This document shows, piece by piece, positions 30,498 to 40,800 of a DNA stretch of 64,000 nt. The DNA is from Promethearchaeota archaeon. Lineage in GTDB: Archaea > Asgardarchaeota > Lokiarchaeia > Sigyniarchaeales > SOKP01. The position numbers were made by a program, and so were the translations under genes. The first letter of the stretch is position 1. Every line of letters begins with the position of its first letter. A model generated the notes under the pieces. It ran no database searches. It saw only the letters and a program-made list of their open reading frames with translations, and was not told the origin of the DNA. The stretch spans positions 8,858-72,857 of the forward strand of contig JAGXNS010000002.1 of the NCBI GenBank assembly GCA_019894855.1. The letters run 5' to 3'.

Positions 30498-30650
30498 TTT
30501 TAGATCACTTTTTATTTTGTTCTATACTATAAATTTGATAGAGAACAGTAAAAAAAAACCTTTTTCTAATATTTGCATAATAAAAGTAAAAAGTTATAAT
30601 TCGTTAAATTACATAGTAATAACAAAAAAAATAAAAAGTTTGTAGATATC

Positions 30651-31475
30651 ATGGTCAAGAATAGAAATCCGTTTCCTAAAGAAGGCGCGTTTATCATGGC
30701 GCGCGTTGTCGATATCCAACAACAATATATATATGTGGATTTACCAGATTACGATGGCCTCCCATCGGAAGAAACTGCAAGAGGAATGATTCATATTAGT
30801 GAAATTTCAAGTAGATGGGTTAGGAATATTAGAAGTATTGTGAGGGTTGGTCAGAGAGTAGTATTGAGAGTTGTGAAAGTTGTTCCTGATAAAGGACAAA
30901 TTGATCTCTCCTTAAGACGCGTCAATTCTGCCCAGAAAGCTTTGATAGCAAAAGAACATAAATATGCAAATAAATTTGAGATTCTCCTGCAGTTTTTAAC
31001 AGAAACGGAAGGAATTGATCTAACCTTAGAGCAAGCTTACGAGTTAATAGGTTGGCCTATAAAAGAACAATTTGATTTTTACCAAGAAGCTATTGAAGCG
31101 CTTAAAGAAGAGGGAGAAGAAATTTTAAATGACCTTACTGACGCTCCAGATCATGTTAAAGATGCTTATTTGAAAATTGTAGACGAAAATGTTGAGATTT
31201 CTACAGTAAGCATAATCGGTAAACTAAAACTTATCAATAAAAGCGGAGATGGAATTACTAAACTAAAAGAAACTTTGAATGAAGTTGTGAATGTAATCGA
31301 TAAACCAGTAGAAACGCGTAAATTAAGTTTATCGTATCTGGGTGCGCCTTATTATAGATTAAAAATTGTTACTAAAGATTATCTCGACGCAGAAAGTATT
31401 CTATCAGATGCCCTTGAAGTTCTTGAATCAACCACTCAAAAAACTAATGGTTCATTTGAATTTATTAGAGATTAA
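30651..31475 (+). CDS. eif2a: Translation initiation factor aIF2 alpha
   Basis: S1 domain GMIHISEIS, IDLSLRRV, YLGAPYYR; followed by nop10. Confidence 0.94.
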   Translation: MVKNRNPFPKEGAFIMARVVDIQQQYIYVDLPDYDGLPSEETARGMIHISEISSRWVRNIRSIVRVGQRVVLRVVKVVPDKGQIDLSLRRVNSAQKALIAKEHKYANKFEILLQFLTETEGIDLTLEQAYELIGWPIKEQFDFYQEAIEALKEEGEEILNDLTDAPDHVKDAYLKIVDENVEISTVSIIGKLKLINKSGDGITKLKETLNEVVNVIDKPVETRKLSLSYLGAPYYRLKIVTKDYLDAESILSDALEVLESTTQKTNGSFEFIRD

Positions 31476-31504
31476 AACTTAACGATTTTTTTATAACTAA
31501 AACG

Positions 31505-31696
31505 ATGACGAAATACCTTCAAAAATGTAGTAAATGTAGAGAGTATGGATTGATCAATGCAAAATCTGTGTGTAAACACTGTGGAGGTACTTTAATTAAC
31601 CCATTTCCTCCAAAATACTCTCCTATCGATAAATATTCAAAATATCGAATGGTCTACTTTAAAGAGGAGTTTAAAAAGAAGTTTAAAGATAATTAA
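31505..31696 (+). CDS. nop10: H/ACA RNP protein Nop10
   Basis: CxxC...CxxCG, PPKYSP.DKYSKYR; synteny with aIF2alpha. Confidence 0.9.
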   Translation: MTKYLQKCSKCREYGLINAKSVCKHCGGTLINPFPPKYSPIDKYSKYRMVYFKEEFKKKFKDN

Positions 31697-32382
31697 GATA
31701 ATTCGATCTTTTCTGCTATTTTTTCGTAAATTAGGATTTTCGCATTTTTATAGGGCATATTTGTAATATCATTTACCTGAAAGGGTCCATAATTAATAAG
31801 GTCAATCCCTACTAAAGGCGGAGAAGGCTCGTTAAATCGAATAAGCATATAATTATATTCATCCTCTAGGTTAGGTTGACCGTTTTCTACTTTTTCAAGT
31901 TGAGCGTTATTACTTGTTTCAATTGAATGTTCTTCGGTGGATTCCTCTATAATGGGAACGTTATCCGGTTTTTCTTCGTCCAATAAAATCTCTCCTATCT
32001 CAATTGGTTTCTTATCCTCGTAAAGAGCAAGCTTTTTAAGTTTTTTATATCCTTTAATCGTGCTAACTAAATTTTGAAAGAATAATTTTTCAGCCTCTAT
32101 TACGCCATTTAGATCAATATCTTTAAGAGATAATGCTGAATTAAGTATTTTTACTTCCCGAACTTTTAAGAAATCGTTAAATAAATAAGTGAAACGCTTT
32201 TTGTATGAGATAAATAATGAGATTTCGACTTTGGGTTTTTCCTCTATCTGATATTGAGTGATGTAATTTAAACTTTTTTTGTAATTATCAAATATTTCTT
32301 GGGTTAAATGAGTCAACTCGGGTTGCTCAAATTCTTTAAGCCAATGTTGATAAAGTTTATCGTAATCTTTTTTTAAATCCAT
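31693..32382 (-). CDS. gins: GINS subunit (Gins51/Gins15-type)
   Basis: RxxKI helical A-domain; C-terminal VGIDL..YGPF..D B-domain; downstream of priS. Confidence 0.82.
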   Translation of the reverse strand: MDLKKDYDKLYQHWLKEFEQPELTHLTQEIFDNYKKSLNYITQYQIEEKPKVEISLFISYKKRFTYLFNDFLKVREVKILNSALSLKDIDLNGVIEAEKLFFQNLVSTIKGYKKLKKLALYEDKKPIEIGEILLDEEKPDNVPIIEESTEEHSIETSNNAQLEKVENGQPNLEDEYNYMLIRFNEPSPPLVGIDLINYGPFQVNDITNMPYKNAKILIYEKIAEKIELS

Positions 32383-32443
32383 AAGTCTCAGACAATTGAA
32401 ATATGTTATATTAATGAAGGATAGGAACAAATATTATTTTATC

Positions 32444-33727
32444 CTAAATCGTTTTAGCAACTTCTTTACACAATAAAAAAACCGCAAAGTGGTGAGGAAC
32501 TTCTATTATTTCACCTTTGATATAGGGCCCAAACGATTCGCCCTTGATTGAAGTGATTGGTAATTTATTTTCCACTATTTCTAATTTATGGGTCAAATTT
32601 TTCTTACTTTTAAACACGATTGGATCTAACTTCTCCTTAGATTCATCTAAAGGGTTAAAATCATCAAGCTCATTTAATTCAATTTCTTGAACTTTAAATC
32701 CTGTTTTTCCATGTAACGATCCAGGATATCGTATGAGTCTATGTATGTCTATTGATACCGGCTCATCTAATTCAATTCCTATTAGGTGAACAATTCCTCT
32801 TAGAAGTTTCTTCCAATTCGTTAAACCAAAGCCTTCAATAGCCCAAACACTTCTTTCTCCTTTAGTAATTAGCTCTAAGAAATCATCTTTATATTTTAAA
32901 AAACTTGTAACTACATTAGAATTAAAACCAAAATGATTTTTGTCTAGAAGTAAAGTTTCGATTTGTTTTGTCGGCTTATTTAATACTTCAATAATTTTTT
33001 TCATTATTTTTTGGGACCACCCAATATTTTCCTCCAACAATCCATAGATTATGCTAGATTTTTCACTTAATCCTAAAACTTCAAAATTTATATTTTTTCC
33101 ACTAACATACTCAACAATTTCTCTTCTTTCCTCACTGTTGAGCGTTCTTAGGTCTTCACTTTCAATTTTAAGGTGATATCCTCTGTGACCCGAAAACGCA
33201 ATTTTCAAATACTTCTCGTCAATTCCAAAATCGGGTATAAGAAAATTGAATAATAACTTGGTGATTTCGTTTTTAGCAACATCTAAACATTGATTGCATA
33301 CCCAGCTGATTTTAGTAAACTTTGAACCCTTACAATTTGGGCAGGTTTGGGGCATACCGGTCCCCTCATTTCCACAATCTTTGCAAATCCACAGATCATG
33401 TTTATCTTTACATGGAGTATAGAAGTGATCAACATCAATATCAATTATAAAATCACACCCCTGGTAATCTTTTTTGTTCATGTCTGGTGCATCAGGTTTT
33501 AGATAAAGTGAACCACTGGAATACAAGTGCCTCGGAGCATCCGTTATAAGATAACTTTTTAAAACATCTGGGTTTTCAAAACTCATATGTCTCTTCATAT
33601 AAACTTTTTTTTCCCAAGGGATTAAACCAAATTCTCGTAAGTTGAACGAACTTACTTTTGGGAATTCAAATTGTTTTTCTTGGTAATACGCTTGGAATAA
33701 CTTTTTTAAATATATGATGTCATTCAT
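32444..33727 (-). CDS. priS: DNA primase small (catalytic) subunit
   Basis: REFG, DIDVD, FSGHRGYH, D..V.ID.HRLIR.PGSLHGKTG; ATG overlaps the priL 3' end. Confidence 0.95.
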   Translation of the reverse strand: MNDIIYLKKLFQAYYQEKQFEFPKVSSFNLREFGLIPWEKKVYMKRHMSFENPDVLKSYLITDAPRHLYSSGSLYLKPDAPDMNKKDYQGCDFIIDIDVDHFYTPCKDKHDLWICKDCGNEGTGMPQTCPNCKGSKFTKISWVCNQCLDVAKNEITKLLFNFLIPDFGIDEKYLKIAFSGHRGYHLKIESEDLRTLNSEERREIVEYVSGKNINFEVLGLSEKSSIIYGLLEENIGWSQKIMKKIIEVLNKPTKQIETLLLDKNHFGFNSNVVTSFLKYKDDFLELITKGERSVWAIEGFGLTNWKKLLRGIVHLIGIELDEPVSIDIHRLIRYPGSLHGKTGFKVQEIELNELDDFNPLDESKEKLDPIVFKSKKNLTHKLEIVENKLPITSIKGESFGPYIKGEIIEVPHHFAVFLLCKEVAKTI

Positions 33728-34934
33728 TTTTTTTCTGTGATTCCTCTTGTTCTCTTTTCTCCTTACTTTTAAGGAATTCTCCTTCTTTCTCATCTCTGTA
33801 TTGTTTTATCCTGACATACGCTAAAGGATGTTTTAATTTCTTTCTCTCAGATGGTTCAATAGAACCATATCCTTCTAAACACAGCGTATCTTTATACTTC
33901 TCTTTCTTACAAAGACTAATTGATTGCAAAGTAGAACACTGATATGGAGTATATTTTTTTTTCTTTGCATACTCTACTTGATAATTAGTTTTTTCTCGAT
34001 CAAAATCGGGTAAAGTGGAAAAAATATCTACAACATGTTCAACTGGATACTCTAAAGCGAGTAAAAACCAAACTATAAAGAGTCGTTCATGATGCACTAA
34101 ATTTTGTCCTTCTTTAGCTTTTTTTAAAATTTCAAGTACACATGGAGGATAAAGCTTCAAAATATCTGTTTTATTGGTAATATCGATTTTAAAACTAAAA
34201 TCAAAATCTTCTTCTTTTTTTGCCCAAATATTTTTGATTTTCTCATATAGTTCTTTAAATTCTTGAATTTTAAGGACTTCTTCAAGAAATGATTTTAAAG
34301 ATGCTTTATCTTCCGTTTCTTCAACAAGGATTTTGGTTCTAACATACTCTTGTATCAAACGCATTAAGTTTCTATTCTGAATATACACATAACCATTTTT
34401 TAATGAATTATGGGTTAGTTTTCTATAATCGTCCCTTAACTTTGAAGCAAGTTTAAGATAATCAATATAATAAATAGTAAAATTGGTAATTTTTCTCTCT
34501 CGATTATCTTTTAATATCTTAATCCCAAATTTTTCTGGAGGATCATAAAAATTAACTCTCAATTCTAAATCTAAACATATATTGTAAAGATCCGATTCGC
34601 TGTTATCTCTTTCCATCTTGTTATACGCATTCTTAGAATACAAATTAGCGATTCTATTTGTTATTAACTTATTATTTAGGGCGTAAATTAAAATTTTTAG
34701 TAAAATATATACCTGGATAGATAAATTTTCGTCCTTTGGATTTGGGATGTCTTCCAAATTATTGAAAGCAAATTCAAAAATTAGAAGAACGCGTTCAGAT
34801 ATTTGCTTACTATCGCCTTTAGAAAAAAGATCAGAAATAAATTCCGAAGGTTCTTTATCAGCAATATCAGAATACTGAAGTTTCAAAGAAGGAAGCCAAG
34901 GATAACGGTTTACTAAATCAGTTGGTATGCTCAA
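33720..34934 (-). CDS. priL: DNA primase large subunit
   Basis: YPPC, H.ERL, PDFD...T.YQV, Fe-S cysteines, HPL; TTG start after AGGAG. Confidence 0.92.
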   Translation of the reverse strand: MSIPTDLVNRYPWLPSLKLQYSDIADKEPSEFISDLFSKGDSKQISERVLLIFEFAFNNLEDIPNPKDENLSIQVYILLKILIYALNNKLITNRIANLYSKNAYNKMERDNSESDLYNICLDLELRVNFYDPPEKFGIKILKDNRERKITNFTIYYIDYLKLASKLRDDYRKLTHNSLKNGYVYIQNRNLMRLIQEYVRTKILVEETEDKASLKSFLEEVLKIQEFKELYEKIKNIWAKKEEDFDFSFKIDITNKTDILKLYPPCVLEILKKAKEGQNLVHHERLFIVWFLLALEYPVEHVVDIFSTLPDFDREKTNYQVEYAKKKKYTPYQCSTLQSISLCKKEKYKDTLCLEGYGSIEPSERKKLKHPLAYVRIKQYRDEKEGEFLKSKEKREQEESQKKNE

Positions 34935-35059
34935 AGCTTCTCCTACCCTACATTTTAGATTTAAAATTAGTACATATAATTGAAACAAGAATTTTTCTGA
35001 TTTAACCGCAAAGAGTTAATCAGTTTATAATCGTTATCAAAAAAGGTGGTGGAAAAATC

Positions 35060-35860
35060 TTAGAATTCGTCCATATCGTCGTCGTCAAATTCAGCTTCTT
35101 CAACACGAGGAGCTAAAAAGTAGTTTAATTCGCCGCCCTCTAATAGGTTAAATATCATTTTGAGAGGGTGATCTGTTTTTAATGAAATTTCTAACTTTTC
35201 GGTGATTGAAGCGATTTTTAATATAGCCTTTAGAAACGTTAGACTATACGCACCTGTAGATGTTTCCTTAATATCGCTTTCAATTAGATCATCGACGCTT
35301 AAGTCGTATTCCATCTCTCCAATTTGTCCTGTAGAACTAAAAACTAACCCTTCGTTAGCTACCGCCTTCATGTTCAAGATTTCAGAATAAATTTCAGCGT
35401 CCTTAATAGCCTCTACTAGAAAGTCGGTATCGATCACCCAATTTGTTGGATATTCAATTTTTAACAGATTATCCATTGGAATTTCTTCTCTTTCCAGATC
35501 GATCAAAGCTAGACTAAATGTCCGTTTACGAGTGTTTCCTTCTCTTTGCATCGTGATTTTGATTTTTTGTTCCGATTCTTTAAAGTCAATTTCAATATTG
35601 TCATTCGTGGCACTTCTTCTAAGGATTTTATCCAAATCATCCAAGTTCAAACCGATTTTTGATTCTGTACTACATTTGTAATCGTCAAAATTCTCTTTTT
35701 TAATCGACAATTTTAACAAACAGATTCGACTTGGGTCCATTGCTGTAATGACAAATTCTTTAGGAGATACTTTGAATTCTGTCTCATCGATGATGCTCGA
35801 AAGAGTTTCGACTATACCCTTTAATATCCTACTATTATCCAGCTTAAGTGTAAAGCTCAT
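35060..35860 (-). CDS. pcn: DNA sliding clamp PCNA
   Basis: AMDPSRICL, YSL.FL, YFLAPRVE. Confidence 0.96.
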   Translation of the reverse strand: MSFTLKLDNSRILKGIVETLSSIIDETEFKVSPKEFVITAMDPSRICLLKLSIKKENFDDYKCSTESKIGLNLDDLDKILRRSATNDNIEIDFKESEQKIKITMQREGNTRKRTFSLALIDLEREEIPMDNLLKIEYPTNWVIDTDFLVEAIKDAEIYSEILNMKAVANEGLVFSSTGQIGEMEYDLSVDDLIESDIKETSTGAYSLTFLKAILKIASITEKLEISLKTDHPLKMIFNLLEGGELNYFLAPRVEEAEFDDDDMDEF

Positions 35861-36028
35861 TATTTATCAGCACTTTAATTGATTAGTAATTTATATTAAT
35901 ATTGTTTTATTAGCAATATTTATAAAATTCAGTATTAGAGGTTTAATAATACCTATTTGTAATTTTTGAATTAATTATTTATAGTCATCTTAAATTTTTT
36001 AAACTATAAAATAAAAAAAATTGTTATT

Positions 36029-36352
36029 ATGTCTCGCGAACACGCAGCCCAAAGAATTATTCAAGATATAAAAAGTTCTGACAGTCGAGTTCAAATAATC
36101 GGTTATATCAAGGATATCGTTGATAATGACCATATAATTCTCAAAGATAAGTCTAATGATATAAATGTTGACATTAAAAAAGTTGATTTTACCTTTCAAA
36201 AAGAAGATTTAATCAATGTTATTGGTGAATTAAACATCAATATGGAAGGTGAGAAGGAAATAGAAGCAGAAATTATACAGGATAAAAAAAATCTGAACTT
36301 TGATTATTACTTGAAATTGTACGAGATTAAAAAAGATTTGAAGTTAATTTAG
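36029..36352 (+). CDS. Small OB-fold protein, RPA14/RPA3-like
   Basis: V.IIG....LKD, INVIG, AEII...LNFDYY pattern; replication gene cluster context. Confidence 0.6.
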   Translation: MSREHAAQRIIQDIKSSDSRVQIIGYIKDIVDNDHIILKDKSNDINVDIKKVDFTFQKEDLINVIGELNINMEGEKEIEAEIIQDKKNLNFDYYLKLYEIKKDLKLI

Positions 36353-36533
36353 AGGTAAAAACAAGCTCAGTATCCTAAATATATCATAATCCTATTCCCT
36401 TAACTTAATCTGATTTAGTAGATCATCCTATTTCTTGAAATATTGAAAATTATATTAAATATAACGAAAAAATTTATTAAACACGCTTATTTTTTACTAT
36501 TAAGGAAAAATACTATATTCTAAAGTTTTAAAA

Positions 36534-36872
36534 ATGGTAGAATTTTGCCCAGAATGCTCAAATCTCTTACGAAGACAAGTGATTGGCGAAAGCAAAACAT
36601 TAGTTTGTAAGTGCGGCTTTCAAAAGGATTTATCTCAAAATGCAGAAGACATAAAAAACAATACCAAACTGAAAGAAGAAGCTTTAAATAAGAATCTAAT
36701 TATAGTCTCTCAAGCAGATAAAATATCCGTTCACCCGATCGTAAAAAAATTTTGTCCTAAATGCACCAGCAAAGATGCTGAAGCTTGGCAAGAACAAACT
36801 CGAAGTGCGGACGAACCAAGTACTTCTTTTTTTAGGTGTGTTGAGTGTAAACATACTTGGCGGGAATATTAA
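36534..36872 (+). CDS. tfs: Transcription factor S (TFS/RpoM)
   Basis: FCPEC, CPKC, QTRSADEP, C..C.HTWREY. Confidence 0.95.
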   Translation: MVEFCPECSNLLRRQVIGESKTLVCKCGFQKDLSQNAEDIKNNTKLKEEALNKNLIIVSQADKISVHPIVKKFCPKCTSKDAEAWQEQTRSADEPSTSFFRCVECKHTWREY

Positions 36873-36988
36873 AGTAATAAATTCTTTTTCCGCTTTTTCT
36901 TTGAAAATTGAAAGCATATATTCTAATCTTCGTGAAAGAGTGGTTTCACGATCTAAATATCGTTAAAAATTGAGCGCGTAGTTATTTT

Positions 36989-37195
36989 TTAAGAAAGAAC
37001 TTCTAAAATTTTAGTTAAAATTCGCGCTTTACCACCTGTAGATTGAAGCAGAGTCTTTCCACATACTAAACATTCTACATCCGTAGCGGAACAACCGAAA
37101 ATTATTTGTTGGTTTCCACAATTTAAGCACTTTACTCTTAAAAACCTACTTTGGGGTTGGGGGATTAATTCCTTATTTGCTTTTCTTTTTGGTAT
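36989..37195 (-). CDS. rps27e: 30S ribosomal protein eS27 (ATA start; missing from the ORF track)
   Basis: (M)[67 protein letters not shown]; AGGTG SD 7 nt upstream; follows rpl44e. Confidence 0.95.
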   Translation of the reverse strand: MPKRKANKELIPQPQSRFLRVKCLNCGNQQIIFGCSATDVECLVCGKTLLQSTGGKARILTKILEVLS

Positions 37196-37207
37196 AATAT
37201 AACACCT

Positions 37208-37489
37208 TTAAACTTCTTGAAGTTCGAACTTTTTAACTCTATATGATTTAGAATACTGTTTTTTTTTACACTTTGGGCATTCTAATATTGGTAATGACCG
37301 TTTATTTACTTTGGCGTTCTTGTGAAATATTTCCTTTGGAAAGGACCCGTAACCCCTCTTTTTTCTCTCTAATCTTCTTCTTCCGTGATTGAGCGATCGT
37401 TCTTTTCCCTTTTTATAAAGCGAAACACTGTGCAGAGTATGAGATCTACAGTTTGGGCAATAGCGATTTATTGTACGAGGGTATTTCAT
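37208..37489 (-). CDS. rpl44e: 50S ribosomal protein eL42 (L44e)
   Basis: YCPNC..HT.H, GRRR..RK..GYG, LECPKC. Confidence 0.95.
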   Translation of the reverse strand: MKYPRTINRYCPNCRSHTLHSVSLYKKGKERSLNHGRRRLERKKRGYGSFPKEIFHKNAKVNKRSLPILECPKCKKKQYSKSYRVKKFELQEV

Positions 37490-37646
37490 TTTTCACACAA
37501 CTTCAATTTAGAATTTAACTTAATAAGTTATTTATAAATTTTAAATTTTATTAGTTCTGCTTTATTCTTATTTGGAAAAGCAAAATTTAATAAAAAATAA
37601 TTTAAATGGTATTAACATAATTTTATTAAAAGTTTTATTTAGAATT

Positions 37647-38570
37647 ATGTCTTTTAAAGAGAAATTTAGAGAGGGTATCATATCCGCAAAAGACTTTTCT
37701 CGAGAGGATATAGATTATATCTTAAAAAAAGCTAAGGGTATAGTACTTAACAAAAAGGGCACAGAAATCTTAAAGGGTAAGATTTTAGCTTCTCTATTCT
37801 TTGAACCCTCCACTAGAACCCGTTTAAGTTTTGAATCTGCAATGTATCGCTTAGGTGGAAATGTGATAGGTTTTCATACTGGTGATGTTTCTTCTATAAA
37901 AAAAGGAGAAAGTATTGCTGACACAATTCGCACTGTAGAAAACTACAGCGACGGTATTGTAATGAGACATAATTTAGAGGGAGCTGCTAGGTTGGCAGCA
38001 AAGTTCTCAAAAATACCCGTTGTAAATGCAGGCTCGGGAAGTGGCGAGCATCCAACTCAAGCATTATTAGATTTATTAACAATTACTGAAGTGGGTCATA
38101 GTTTAGACGGTTTAAATATCGGGATAATGGGGGATCTTAAATTCGGAAGGACGGTACATTCTTTGTCGATATTGCTTTCAAATTACGACGCAAATATCTA
38201 TTTTATTAGCCCTAGAGACTTGATGCTGCGTAAAAGAGACAAGGACTTCTTACAACAACGACAAGCAAAATACAAAGAAATAGAAAAATATAGAGAAATA
38301 TTAAGTGTTTTAGATGTTCTCTATGTTACGAGAATTCAGAAAGAAAGGTTTGCTGATATTGAAGAATATGAAAAAGTAAAAGATTTCTATGCATTCGGGA
38401 AAAAGGACTTGGAGGAAACAAAAGACGATTTTAAAATTATGCATCCTTTACCAAGGATTACAGAAATTTCACCTGATATTGATGGTTCTCCTAAATCAAT
38501 TTATTTCAAACAAGCATATTATGGAATACCTATGAGAATGGCAATCTTAGAGGAGTTATTATCTGACTAA
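37647..38570 (+). CDS. pyrB: Aspartate carbamoyltransferase catalytic subunit
   Basis: FFEPSTRTRLSF, HPTQ, GDLKFGRTVHSL, RIQKER, MHPLPR; ATG 37647 preferred. Confidence 0.96.
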   Translation: MSFKEKFREGIISAKDFSREDIDYILKKAKGIVLNKKGTEILKGKILASLFFEPSTRTRLSFESAMYRLGGNVIGFHTGDVSSIKKGESIADTIRTVENYSDGIVMRHNLEGAARLAAKFSKIPVVNAGSGSGEHPTQALLDLLTITEVGHSLDGLNIGIMGDLKFGRTVHSLSILLSNYDANIYFISPRDLMLRKRDKDFLQQRQAKYKEIEKYREILSVLDVLYVTRIQKERFADIEEYEKVKDFYAFGKKDLEETKDDFKIMHPLPRITEISPDIDGSPKSIYFKQAYYGIPMRMAILEELLSD

Positions 38571-38582
38571 TCTTTCATAATT

Positions 38583-40574
38583 CTATTTTAATTGAAACGT
38601 GTTTACTTTTGAATAAGATATTTGTGCCATTAATTCTTTTATGGGTTTGTTATTTACATTAAATGTAAAAACACTACCACCATCAATAATGCTTTCAAAA
38701 TTTTTATAAATCTGAACTCTTTTCTCTAGTGATAATTTTGAATTCCCTCGTATCAAATCTATGCAATATTTGTTAGGGCCATTACCCACTTCACCCATAT
38801 TCCTGCACCAATGTTTAGAAAGATAACTGTCATTATGAGGCTGAGTAAGGATATAGTTTTCGTTTTGGTCCTTGTTAATTTCGTTAATCATATCTTTCAT
38901 AAACATTAGAAGATTGTAAGCGAACGATTCGCTGTTTTCTATCCTATCGATCTCGATACCGCAATGAGTCTTTATGGCTTCATTTAATCCGAAAAAACTA
39001 ACTGATTTTAATGAGTCATCTATCCAATTAAGGGATTCTGGTTTAATGAAATTAGATGTAATTCTATTCCATTCCTTTGAAGTAGATAGCCTTCTATTTA
39101 TTAAATCTTTTTTATGAGCAAAAATTTCAAATACTGAATTAAGCTTTTCTTGAACATTTTCTAAAAATAAAGAATCGTTCTGTTTAGAATTATCAGCAAT
39201 ATTATGTAGATTTACTAAAATTTTATCTAAAACAACCCTACTTTTAGGTTCTTCTTTAATATTATTCTTATTCACATTTATCAAAGTAGAATTTAGTAAG
39301 CCTGGTCCATTATTTAAAGAGAATATTATATCGTTAGAACGAGGTGAATTTATGGTTTCCCTTAAGAATTCATATCCAGACTTATTATCACGCAGTAGTG
39401 AGTAATCAAATACAATCTGAGGACAAGCAAATCCATCATTTTGATCAATCTGGTTAAATAATCTGCCCAAAAAGTAATAAATAGATTGGATTTTCATATT
39501 CAAGGAGTTAGAATCTTCAAATACGTTTGAAGAAGAAATTTCTAAAGAGAGATGAGGCTTTTGGTCATAAATTCTATTTGAATGATTTAAAATCTCTGAA
39601 TTTAGGAAATTAATAAGAACCTCTGAATTCTCGTTGGAACTAATGCTCTTGAATAAAAAGTCTGAAAAATTACCCAGCAAAATATCTTCAGAGATATAAG
39701 GCTTTATCTTGCCTAACATATTAAAGAAATTAGAGCATAGTTTAATCAATTCAATTGGTTTGTCTAATTTATTAATGTCTACTAATTTTTGTTTTGAGAG
39801 ATAAGATATGATTGAATTTGAGTCTATATAGAAGCCCAAAGGTCTTAAGCTCCAGTAATTTAAGTTCAGTAAAACTAATTCTCCTGACAAATACATATCC
39901 GCTAAATTCTTTGGCAACAAGTTTAGTAATAGAAATTGCTCTGAAACTTCTGATCCAAGTTTAGAAAGAAGTTGGTCAGGACTGATTTTGTCGTTATCAA
40001 AGTATCTAGAAACTTCATAAGGAGGAGTACCTAATCGAGTCAGTCTATGTCTAATCTCTTCGAGACCATTTTCCAATAGAATTCCGTTTATATATTCCCT
40101 CATTAAAGGAGCTGTTAAATATACTATATTCGTTTTAGATAAGCGTTCTTCAACTTCGCTTGCAATTTGTTTTGCTAAATGACCATCAACTTTACCTTCC
40201 TTAACTAAATAATTTTCGATTTTACTCGAATCAAATGGCTCTTTGGAATATTTAGAGGTTCTAATCATTATTGTTTTGTTCTTTTCATTTAGAATTTTTT
40301 CAATAGAGACAATATTCTTTAGAATTTGACCTCCTAAAGCACTCAAAGCATAGCCATCATCAGTGGTATGCATTAAGTCGCTGTTTTTCAACGCCTTTAA
40401 GTGAAATGAAAAATTGACGGAATTCGGATTACTTCCTAAAACTTCCTTTTGAAGTATAGAATAGGGTAAAGGATTACTGCTTACACTTAATTTCTTTAAA
40501 ATATCAATCCTTATCTTTTGACCTAATGTTTTAAGATGCTTTTCTAAAACATCGTGATTTTTGTCGGAATTCAA
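38583..40574 (-). CDS. ArsR-type wHTH + ATP-cone + degenerate NrdD (class III RNR)-like protein
   Basis: N-terminal RIDILKKL...FSFHLKAL wHTH; IRTS...EPFDSSKI...LTAPLMRE ATP cone; NrdD-like SVSFFGLNEA and GG; no RxxGY. Confidence 0.7.
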   Translation of the reverse strand: MNSDKNHDVLEKHLKTLGQKIRIDILKKLSVSSNPLPYSILQKEVLGSNPNSVNFSFHLKALKNSDLMHTTDDGYALSALGGQILKNIVSIEKILNEKNKTIMIRTSKYSKEPFDSSKIENYLVKEGKVDGHLAKQIASEVEERLSKTNIVYLTAPLMREYINGILLENGLEEIRHRLTRLGTPPYEVSRYFDNDKISPDQLLSKLGSEVSEQFLLLNLLPKNLADMYLSGELVLLNLNYWSLRPLGFYIDSNSIISYLSKQKLVDINKLDKPIELIKLCSNFFNMLGKIKPYISEDILLGNFSDFLFKSISSNENSEVLINFLNSEILNHSNRIYDQKPHLSLEISSSNVFEDSNSLNMKIQSIYYFLGRLFNQIDQNDGFACPQIVFDYSLLRDNKSGYEFLRETINSPRSNDIIFSLNNGPGLLNSTLINVNKNNIKEEPKSRVVLDKILVNLHNIADNSKQNDSLFLENVQEKLNSVFEIFAHKKDLINRRLSTSKEWNRITSNFIKPESLNWIDDSLKSVSFFGLNEAIKTHCGIEIDRIENSESFAYNLLMFMKDMINEINKDQNENYILTQPHNDSYLSKHWCRNMGEVGNGPNKYCIDLIRGNSKLSLEKRVQIYKNFESIIDGGSVFTFNVNNKPIKELMAQISYSKVNTFQLK

Positions 40575-40800
40575 GTTAAGTTTAAGTCGTCATATAGTTC
40601 ATTATTTCTGCTTAACTAAATAATATACTTAAGAGATATATAAAAATTAGGAATTTTATTAACCCAAAATAAGATTTGATATTATGTGGGTGATATCGCA
40701 TAATTTCCTTTTGATAATCTAGCCTAGTTAGGTTAATACTTAAAAAAGACAAAGAAAATTAATAAAGAGGTTTGAATTAGATTCCTAAATTATATCTTTC

